64,000 nt of DNA from Torpedo marmorata (lineage: Eukaryota). A model generated the notes under the pieces. The model saw nothing but the letters and a program-made list of their open reading frames with translations, made no database searches and was not told where the DNA came from. Where the stretch lies: positions 54,808,001 through 54,872,000 of the forward strand of contig OZ360246.1 in assembly GCA_977017645.1 (NCBI GenBank), read 5' to 3'. Of this stretch, positions 51,601 to 62,790 are shown one piece after another; positions within the stretch are counted from its first letter, which is position 1, and every line of letters starts with the position of its first letter. Made by a program: the position numbers and the translations under genes.

Positions 51601-54600
51601 CCGGAATTGCACTGGTCAGGCACTGCAATTACAGATATGGCCCCCGGCTTGTGCTGCTCTGGTCAGGCATGACAAATCAAGATGCCCCCCCACCAGCTCT
51701 GCACTGCTCTAGTCAGAGGTTGCCATTCCAGATGTGGCTCCGGCTCTGCGCTGCTCTGGTGAGCCTCGGCAATTCCCTATGTGCATCTGGCTCTACTCTG
51801 CTCTGGTCAGTTACCCCAATTCCAGATGTTGACCCGGCTCAGCACTGCCCTGCTCAGGCATTGCAATTACAGATGTGCCCCCGGCTGTGCTGCTCTGGTC
51901 AGACACTGCAATTCCAGTATTGCACCATGGCTCTGTGCTGCTCTGGTCAGGCACTGCTGTTCCAGATGTGCCCCCCCCGGTTCTGTGCTGCTTTGGTCAG
52001 ACACTACAATTCCAGGTGCCCCCCGGCTCTGCGCTACATTGGTCAGAGTGCAATTCCAGATGTGGCCCTGGCTCTGCCCTGCTCTGGTCACACTGCAATT
52101 CCAGATGTGTCCACCAGCTCTGCACTGCTCTGGTCAGGCACTGCAGTTCCAGATATGCCCCCACCCGGCTCTGTGCTATATTGGTCAGTCACTGCAATTC
52201 CAGATGTGGCCCCCGGTTCTGTGCTGCACTGGTCAGCCACTACAAATCGAGTTGCCACACCAGCTCTGAACTGCTCTAGTCAGAGGCTACAAATCCAGAT
52301 GTGGCTCCGACTCTGCGCTGCTCTGGTGAGTCACTGCAATTCCAGATGTGTCCCCCAGCTCTGCACTTCTCCGGTCAGGCACTGCAGTTCCAGATATGCC
52401 CCCACCCGGCTCTGTGCTATATTGGTCAGTCACTGCAATTCCAGATATGGCCCCCGGCTCTGCGCTGCTCAAGTCAGGCAACTCAATTCCAGATGTTTTC
52501 CCGGCTCTTCCCTGCTCTGGTCAGTCACTGCTATTGCATATGTACACCATGGCTCTGTGCTGCTCTGGTCAGGCACTGCAGTTCCAGATGTGCCCCCTAG
52601 CTCTGTGCTGTGCTGGTCAGGCACTGCAATATCAGATGTGTCCCCCAGCTCTGCACTGCTCTGACCAGGCACTGCAGTTCCAGGTGTGCCCCCATCCGGC
52701 TCTGTGGTATATTGGTCAGTAAATGCAATTCAGAGGTGACACGCCGGCTCTGCATTGCACTGGTCAGGCACTGAAATTGCAGGTATGGCCCCCGGATCTG
52801 TGCTGCTCTGGTCAGGCATGACAAATCAAGATGCCCCACCCCTTACCAGCTCTGCACTGCTCTAGTCAGAGGATGCCATTCCAGATATGGCTCCGGCTCT
52901 TCGCTGCTCTGGTGAGTCACGGCCATTCCAGATGTGAATTGGGCTCTGCTCTGCTCTGGTCCGTCACCGCAATTCCAGATGTGGGCCCCGGCTCTGTGCT
53001 GCTCTGGTCAGGCACTGTAATTCCAGATGCGCCCCTGGCTCTGAGCTGCTCTGACCAGATACTGCAATTCCAGATGTGGCCCGGCTCTGCGCTGCTCTGG
53101 TCAGGCAATGTGGTTCCAGTTGTGCCCCTGGTTCAGCACTACTCTGCTCAGGCACTGCAATTACATATGTGCCCCCGGCAGTGCTGCTCTGGTCAGGCAT
53201 GGCAGTTCCAGATGTGCCCCCTGGATCTGTTCTGTGCTGGTCAGGCACAGCAATTTCAGATGTGCCCCCCAGCTTTGCACTGCTCTGGTCAGTCCCTGCC
53301 GTTCCAGATATGCACCACCCGGCTCTGTACTATATTGGTCAGTCACTGCAATTCCAGATGTGGCCCTCGGCTCTGTGCTACTCTGGACAGGCACTAAAAA
53401 TCGAGATCCCTCCTCCCCTTCCCCCACCGCAGCTCTGCACTATTCTGGTCAGAGGTTGAAATTACAGATGTGGCTCCGGCTCTGCTCTGCTCTGGTGAGT
53501 CACTGAAATTCCAGATATGACCCCGACACTGCGCTGCCCTGCTCATACACTGCAATTTCATATGTGGGCCCCCGGCTCTGCGCTGATCTGGTCAGGCAGT
53601 GCAATTCCCGATGTGCCACGGCTCTGAGCAGCTCTGATGAGAGACTGCAATTCAACATGTGGCCCCGTCTCTGTGCTGCTCTAGCCATTCACTGAAATTC
53701 CAGATGTGCCTCCTGCTCTGCTCTGCTCGGGTCAGGCACTGCAATTCCAGATGTAGCCCCCGGATCTCCGCTGCTCTGGTCAGGAACTGCAATCCCAGAT
53801 GTGGCCCCTGGCTCAGTGATGCTCATGTCAGGCACTGCAATTCCCAGTGTGACCACCTGGCTTTGCACTGCTCTGGTCAGGCACTGCATTTCCAGATGTG
53901 GCACCTGGCTCAGCACTGCTCTGGTCAGACACAGCAATTTCACATGTGTTCGCTCGGCTCTGCGCTGCTCTGGTCTGGCACTACAATTCCATATGTGACA
54001 CCCCGGTTCTGCGCTGCTCTGGTCAGAGACTGCAATTCCAGATGTGACCCGGCTCTGCGCTGCTCTGGTCAGGCACCAGAATTCCAGATGTGTCCCTGGC
54101 TCTGCACTGTTCTGGTCGGGCACCACAATTCAAGAAGTGTCCCACGGCTCTTCGCTGCTCTGGTCAGGCACTGCAGTTCCAGATGTGCCAACCCGGCTCT
54201 GCGCTGCACTGGTCAGTCACTGCAATTCCAGATGTGACCCCGGATCTGCGCTGGTCTGGTCAGGCACTGCAATTCTAGATGTGTCACTGGCTCAGCACTG
54301 CTCTGCTCAGGCATTGCAATTACAGATGTGCCCCCGGCTGTGCTGCTCTGGTCAGACACTGCAATTCCAGTATTGCACCATGGCTCTGTGCTGCTCTGGG
54401 CAGGCACTGCAGTTCCAGATATGCCCCCACCCGGCTCTGTGCTATATTGGTCATACACTGTAATTTCAGATGTGGGCCCCTGCCTCTGTGCTGCTCTGGT
54501 CAGGCACTATAATTCCAGATGTGCACCCGGCTCTGAGCTACTCTGATCAGAGACTGCAATTCCAGATGTGGCCCCGGCTCTGCGCTGCTCAAGTCAGGCA

Positions 54601-55069
54601 ATTCAATTCCAGATGTTTTCCCGGATCTTCCCTGCTCTGGTCAGTCACTGCAATTGCAGATGTGCACTATGGCTCTGTGCTGCTCTGGTCAGGCACTGCA
54701 GTTCCAGATGTGCCCACTAGCTCTGTGCTGTGTTGGTCAGGCACTGCAATATCAGATGTGTCCCCCAGCTCTGCACTGCTCTGGCCAGGCATTGCTATTC
54801 CAGGTGTGCCCCCACCCGGCCCTGTGGTATATTGGTCAGTCACTGCAATTCCAGAGGTGACCCTCGGTCCTGCATTGCACTGGTCAGGCACTGAAATTGC
54901 AGATATGTCCCCCGGCTCTGTGCTGCTCTGGTCAGGCATGACAAATCAAGATGTCCCCCCTCCTCACCAGCTCTGAAATGCTCTAGTCAGAGGTTGCCAT
55001 TCCAGATGTGGCACCGGCTCTGCTCTGATCTGGTCAGTCACCGCAATTCCAGATGTGGACCCGGCTCTG

Positions 55070-58000
55070 CACTTCTCTGGTCATACACTGCAATTTCAGA
55101 TGTGGCCTCCCTGCTCTGTGCTGCTCTGATCAGGCACTGTAATTCCAGATGCTCCCTGGCTCTGAGCTGTTCTGACCAGATACTGCAATTCCAGATGTGG
55201 CCCGGCTCTGCGCTGCTCTGGTCAGTCACTGCCATTCCAGATGTGCACATGGCTCTGCTCTGCTCTGGTCAGACACCGCAATTCCAGATGTGGACCCGGC
55301 TCTGCGCTGCTCTTGTCAGGCACTGCAATTACATATGTGCCCCCGGCTGTGCTGCTCTGGTCAGGCATGGCAGTTCCAGATGTGCCCCCTGGATCTATGC
55401 TGTGCTGGCCAGGCACTGCAATTTCAGATGTGCCCCCCTGCTTTGCACTGATCTGGTCAGGCCCTGCCGTTCTAGATATGCCCCCACCCGGCTCTGTCCT
55501 ATATTGGTCAGTCACTGCAATTCCAGATGTGGCTCCCGGCTCTGTGCTGCTCTAGACAGGCACTAAAAATCGAGATCCCCCCCGCAGCTCTGCACTGCTC
55601 TGGTCAGAGGCTGAAATTCCAGATGTGGATCCTGCTCTGCTCTGCTCTGGTGAGTCACTGCAATTCCAGATGTTCTCCCGACACTGCGCTGCCCTGGTCA
55701 TACACTGCAATTTCAGATGTGGGCCCCCTGCTCTGCGCTGAGCTGGTCAGGCACTGCAATTCCCGATGTGCCACGGCTCTGAGCTGCTCTGATCAGAGTG
55801 TGCAATTCCACATGTGGACCCGTCTCTGTGCTGCTCTGGCCATTCACTGAAATTCCAGATGTGCCTCCTGCTCTGCTCTGCTCGGGTCAGGCACTGCAAT
55901 TCCAGGTGTAGCCCCCGGATCTCCGCTGCTCTGGTAAAGAACTGCAATCCCAGATGTGGTCCCTGGCTCAGCGATGCTCATGTCAGGCACTGCAATTCCC
56001 GATGTGACCACCTGGCTTCGCACTGCTCTGGTCAGGCACTGCATTTCCAGATGTGGCACCTGGCTCAGCACTGTTATGGTCAGACACAGCAATTTCACAT
56101 GTGGTCGCTCGGCTCTGCGCTGCTCTGGTCTGGCACTATAATTCCAGATGTGACACCCCGGCTCTGCGCTGCTCTGGTCAGAGACTGCAATTCCAGATGT
56201 GACAAGGCTCTGCTCTGCTCTGGTCAGTCACTGCAATTCCAGATGTGCCTCCAGTTCTGCTCTGCTCAGGCACTGCAATTACAGATGTGTCCCTAGCTTT
56301 CCACTTCTGGTCGGGCACCACAATTCAAAATGTGTCCCACGGCTCTTCGCTGCTCTGGTCAGGAACGGCAGTTCCAGATATGGACCCGGCTCTTCGCTGG
56401 TCTGGTCAGGCACTGCAATTCCAGATGTTTGCCCGACTCTGCACTGCTCTGGTCAGTCACTGCAATTCCAGATGTGCCTCCAGCTCTGCTCTGCTCAGGC
56501 ACTGCAATTACAGATGTGGCCCCCGGTTCTGTGCTGCTCTGGTCAGACAATGCAAATCCAGATTTCCCCCCGTCTCTACGCTGCATTGGTCAGAGACTGC
56601 AATTCCAGATGTGGTCCCGGCTCTGTCCTGCTCTGGTCAGTCATTGCAATTCCAGTATTGCACCATGGCTCTGTGCTGCTCTGGTCAGGCACTGCAATTC
56701 CAGTTGTGGCCCCCCGGTTCGCTGCTGCTTTGTTCAGACACTACAATTCCAGATATCCCCCGGCTCTGCGCTGCATTGGTCAGAGTGCAATTCCAGATGT
56801 GGTCCCGGCTCTGCCCTGCTCTGGTCAGTCACTGCAATTCCAGATGCGTCCCCCAACTCTGCACTGCTCTGGCCAGGCACTGCAGTTCCAGGTGTGCCCC
56901 CACGCGGCTCTGTGGTATATTGGTCAGTCACTGCAATTCCAGAGGAGACACTCGACTCTGCACCTCGCTGATCAGTCACAGCAATTCCAGATGTGTCCCC
57001 CAGCTCTGCACTGCTCTGGCCAGGCACTGCAGTTCCAGGTGTGCCCCCACCCGGATCTGTGGTATATTGGTCAGTCACTGCAATTCCAGAGGTGACCCTC
57101 GGTTCTGCATTGCACTGGTCAAGCACTGCAATTCCAGATATGGACCCGGCTCTGTGCTGCTATAGTCAGGCGTGATAAATCGAGATCCCCCCCCCAGCTC
57201 AGCACTGCACTAGTCAGAGGCTGCAAATCTAGATGTCGCTCCGGCTCTTCGCTGCTCTGGTGAGTCACTGCAATTCACATGTGCCCCCGGCTCTGCGCTG
57301 CTCTGGTCATACACTGCAATTTTCAGATGTGGGCCGCCGGCTCTGTGCTGCTCAGGTTTGGCACTACAATTCCAGATGTGACACCCCGGCTCTGCGCTGC
57401 TCTGGTCAGAGACTTCAATTCCAGATGTGACCCGGCTCTGCGCTGCTCTGCTCAGGCACAACAATTCCAGATGTGTCACTGGCTCTGCATTGTTCTGGTC
57501 GGGCACCGCAATTCAAGATGTCTCCCACGGCTCTTCGCTGCTCTGGTCAGGCACTGCAGTTCCAGATGTGCCAACCCGGCTCTGCGCTGCACAGGTCAGT
57601 CACTGCAATTACAGATGTGCCCCCGGCTGTGCTGCTCTGGTCAGACACTGCAGTTCCAGATGTGGCCCCCCGGTTCTCTGCTGCTTCGGTCAGACACTAC
57701 AATTCCAGATATACCCCGGCTCGGCGCTGCATTTATCACAGTGCAATTCCAGATGTGGCCCCGGCTCTGCCTGCTCTGGTCAGTCACTGCAATTCCAGAT
57801 GTGTCCCCCAGCTCTGCACTGCTCTGCTCAGGCACTGAAGTTCCAGATGTGCCCCCACCCGGCTCTGTGCTATATTGGTCTTTAACTGCAATTCCGGGTG
57901 TGACCCTCGGCTCTGCACCTCGCTGGTCAGGTATTGCAATTCCAAATGTGGCCCCCGGTTCTGTGCTGCTCTGGTCAGCCACTGCAAATCGAGATTCCAC

Positions 58001-61000
58001 CCCAGCTCTGCACTGCACTAGTCAGAGGCTGCAAATCTAGATGTGGCTCTGGCTCTTTGCTGCTCTGGTGAGTCACTGCAATTCCAGATGTGCCCCCGAT
58101 TCTGCGCTTCTCTGGTCATACACTGCAATTTTCAGATGTGGTCCCCCGGCTCTGTGCTGCTCTGGTCTGGCACGACAATTCCAGATGTGATACCCAGGCT
58201 CTGCGCTGCTCTGGTCAGAGACGGCAATTTCATATGTGACCCGGCTCTGCGCTGCTCTGGTCAGGCACCACAATTCCAGATGTGTCCCTGGTTCTGCACT
58301 GTTCTGGCCGGGCACCGCAATTCAAGATGTCTCCCACGGCTCTTCTCTGCTCTGGTCAGGCACTGCAGTTCCAGATGAGCCAACCCGGATCTGCGTTGCA
58401 CTGGTCAGCCACTGCAATTCCAGATGTGACCCAGGCTCTGCGCTGCCCTGGTCAGGCACTGCAGTTCCAGATGTGCCCCCTGCTCTGTGCTGCTCTGGTC
58501 AGGCACTATAATTCCAGATGTGCCCCCGGCTCTGAGCTGCTCTGATCAGACACTGCAATTCCAGAAGTGAACCCGGATCTGCGCTGCTCTGGTCAGTCAC
58601 TGCAATTGCAGATGTGCCTCCAGCTCTGCTCTGCTCAGGTACTGCAATTACAGATGTGCCCCCCCCGGTTCTGTGTTGCTCTGGTCAGGCACTGCAGTTC
58701 CAGATGTGATCCCCTGTTCTGTGCTGCTCTGGTCAGACATTACAATTCCAGATGTACCCCCGGCTCTGCACTGCATTGGTCAGAGACTGCAATTCCAGAT
58801 GTGTCCCCCAGCTCTGCACTGCTCTGGTCAGGCACTGCAGTTCCAGATGTGCCCCACCCGGCTCTGTGCTATATTGGTCAGTCACTGCAATTCCAGGTGT
58901 GACCCTCGGCTCTGCACCTCGCTGGTCAGGCACTGCAATTCCAGATGTGGCCCCCAGTTCTGAGCTGCTCTGGTCAGCCACTACAAATCGAGATGCCACC
59001 CCAGCTCTGCACTTCTCTCGTCAGAGGCTGCAAATCCAGATGTGGATCCGACTCTGTGCTGCTCTGGTGAGTCACTGCAAATCCAGAAGTGCCCCCGGCT
59101 CTGCGCTGCTCTGGTCATACACTGCAATTTCAGATGTGGCCTCCCTGCTCTGTACTGCTCTGATCAGGCACTGTAATTCCAGATGCTCCCTGGCTCTGAG
59201 CTGTTCAGACCAGATACTGCAATTCCAGATGTGGCCCGGCTCTGCGCTGCTCTGGTCAGTCACTGCCATTCCAGATGTGCACATGGCTCTGCTCTGCTCT
59301 GGTCAGACACCGCAATTCCAGATGTGGACCCGGCTCTGCGCTGCTCTTGTCAGGCACTGCAATTACATATGTGCCCCCGGCTGTGCTGCTCTGGTCAGGC
59401 ATGGCAGTTCCAGATGTGCCCCCTGGATCTGTGCTGTGCTGGCCAGGCACTGCAATTTCAGATGTGCCCCCCTGCTTTGCACTGATCTGGTCAGGCCCTG
59501 CCGTTCTAGATATGCCCCCACCCGGCTCTGTCCTATATTGGTCAGTCACTGCAATTCCAGATGTGGCTCCCGGCTCTGTGCTGCTCTAGACAGGCACTAA
59601 AAATCGAGATCCCCCCCGCAGCTCTGCACTGCTCTGGTCAGAGGCTGAAATTCTAGATGTGGATCCTGCTCTGCTCTGGTGAGTCACTGCAATTCCAGAT
59701 GTTCTTCCGACACTGCGCTGCCCTGGTCATACACTGCAATTTCAGATGTTGGCCCCCTGCTCTGCGCTGAGCTGGTCAGGCACTGCAATTCCCGATGTGC
59801 CACGGCTCTGAGCTGCTCTGATCAGAGTGTGCAATTCCACATGTGGACCCGTCTCTGTGCTGCTCTGGCCATTCACTGAAATTCCAGATGTGCCTCCTGC
59901 TCTGCTCTGCTCGGGTCAGGCACTGCAATTCCAGGTGTAGCCCCCGGATCTCCGCTGCTCTGGTCAGGAACTGCAATCCCAGATGTGGCCCCTGGCTCAG
60001 CGATGCTCATGTCAGGCACTGCAATTCCCGGTGTGACCACCTGGCTTCGCACTGCTCTGGTCAGGCACTGCATTTCCAGATGTGGCACCTGGCTCAGCAC
60101 TGCTATGGTCAGACACAGCAATTTCACATGTGGTCGCTCGGCTCTGCGCTGCTCTGGTCTGGCACTATAATTCCAGATGTGACACCCCGGCTCTGCGCTG
60201 CTCTGGTCAGAGACTGCAATTCCAGATGTGACACGGCTCTGCTCTGGTCAGTCACTGCAATTCCAGATGTGCCTCCAGTTCTGCTCTGCTCAGGCACTGC
60301 AATTACAGATGTGTCCCTGGCTTTCCACTTCTGGTCGGGCACCACAATTCAAAATGTGTCCCACGGCTCTTCGCTGCTCTGGTCAGGAACTGCAGTTCCA
60401 GATATGGACCCGGTTCTTCGCTGGTCTGGTCAGGCACTGCAATTCCAGATGTTTGCCCGACTCTGCACTGCTCTGGTCAGTCACTGCAATTCCAGATGTG
60501 CCTCCAGCTCTGCTCTGCTCAGGCACTGCAATTACAGATGTTCTGTGCTGCTCTGGTCAGACAATGCAAATCCAGATGTCCCCCCGTCTCTACGCTGCAT
60601 TGGTCAGAGACTGCAATTCCAGATGTGGTCGCGGCTCTGTCCTGCTCTGGTCAGTCATTGCAATTCCAGTATTGCACCATGGCTCTGTGCTGCTCTGGTC
60701 AGGCACTGCAATTCCAGTTGTGGCCCCCCGGTTCGCTGCTGCTTTGGTCAGACACTACAATTCCAGATATCCCCCGGCTCTGCGCTGCATTGGTCAGAGT
60801 GCAATTCCAGATGTGGCCCCGGCTCTGCCCTGCTCTGGTCAGTCACTGCAATTCCAGATGCGTCCCCCAACTCTGCACTGCTCTGGCCAGGCACTGCAGT
60901 TCCAGGTGTGCCCCCACGCGGCTCTGTGGTATATTGGTCAGTCACTGCAATTCCAGAGGAGACACTCGACTCTGCACCTCGCTGATCAGTCACAGCAATT

Positions 61001-62790
61001 CCAGATGTGTTCCCCAGCTCTGCACTGCTCTGGCCAGGCACTGCAGTTCCAGGTGTGCCCCCACCCGGATCTGTGGTATATTGGTCAGTCACTGCAATTC
61101 CAGAGGTGACCCTCGGTTCTGCATTGCACGGGTCAAGCACTGCAATTCCAGATATGGACCCGGCTCTGTGCTGCTCTGGTCAGGCGTGACAAATCGAGAC
61201 CTCCCCCCCCCCAGCTCAGCACTGCACTAATCAGAGGCTGCAAATCTAGATGTCGCTCCGGCTCTTCGCTGCTCTGGTGAGTCACTGCAATTCACATGTG
61301 CCCCCGGCTCTGCGCTGCTCTGGTCATACACTGCAATTTTCAGATGTGGGCCGCCGGCTCTGTGCTGCTCAGGTTTGGCACTACAATTCCAGATGTGACA
61401 CCCCGGCTCTGCGCTGCTCTGGTCAGAGACTTCAATTCCAGATGTGACCCGGCTCTGCGCTGCTCTGCTCAGGCACAACAATTCCAGATGTGTCACTGGC
61501 TCTGCATTGTTCTGGTCGGGCACCGCAATTCAAGATGTCTCCCACGGCTCTTCGCTGCTCTGGTCAGGCACTGCAGTTCCAGATGTGCCAACCCGGCTCT
61601 GCGCTGCACAGGTCAGTCACTGCAATTACAGATGTGCCCCTGGCTGTGCTGCTCTGGTCAGACACTGCAGTTCCAGATGTGGCCCCCCGGTTCTCTGCTG
61701 CTTCGGTCAGACACTACAATTCCAGATATACCCCGGCTCGGCGCTGCATTTATCACAGTGCAATTCCAGATGTGGCCCCGGCTCTGCCCTGCTCTGGTCA
61801 GTCACTGCAATTCCAGATGTGTCCCCCAGCTCTGCACTGCTCTGCTCAGGCACTGAAGTTCCAGATGTGCCCCCACCCGGCTCTGTGCTATATTGGTCTT
61901 TAACTGCAATTCCGGGTGTGACCCTCGGCTCTGCACCTCGCTGGTCAGGTATTGCAATTCCAAATGTGGCCCCCGGTTCTGTGCTGCTCTGGTCAGCCAC
62001 TGCAAATCGAGATGCCACCCCAGCTCTGCACTGCACTAGTCAGAGGCTGCAAATCTAGATGTGGCTCTGGCTCTTTGCTGCTCTGGTGAGTCACTGCAAT
62101 TCCAGATGTGCCCCCGATTCTGCGCTTCTCTGGTCATACACTGCAATTTTCAGATGTGGTCCCCCGGCTCTGTGCTGCTCTGGTCTGGCACGACAATTCC
62201 AGATGTGATACCCAGGCTCTGCGCTGCTCTGGTCAGAGACGGCAATTTCATATGTGACCCGGCTCTGCGCTGCTCTGGTCAGGCACCACAATTACAGATG
62301 TGTCCCTGGTTCTGCACTGTTCTGGCCGGGCACCGCAATTCAAGATGTCTCCCACGGCTCTTCTCTGCTCTGGTCAGGCACTGCAGTTCCAGATGAGCCA
62401 ACCCGGATCTGCGTTGCACTGGTCAGCCACTGCAATTCCAGATGTGACCCAGGCTCTGCGCTGCCCTGGTCAGGCACTGCAGTTCCAGATGTGCCCCCCT
62501 GCTCTGTGCTGCTCTGGTCAGGCACTATAATTCCAGATGTGCCCCCGGCTCTGAGCTGCTCTGATCAGACACTGCAATTCCAGATGTGGCCCCGGATCTG
62601 CGCTGCTCTGGTCAGTCACTGCAATTGCAGATGTGACTCCAGCTCTGCTCTGCTCAGGTACTGCAATTACAGATGTGCCCCCCCCGGTTCTGTGTTGCTC
62701 TGGTCAGGCACTGCAGTTCCAGATATGATCCCCTGTTCTGTGCTGCTCTGGTCAGACATTACAATTCCAGATGTACCCCCGGCTCTGCGC
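55070..62790 (+). repeat. Higher-order tandem duplication, period ~4.01-4.03 kb
   Basis: ORF offsets 55038/59072, 56734/60748, 57210/61227 and 58043/62061. Confidence 0.9.
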
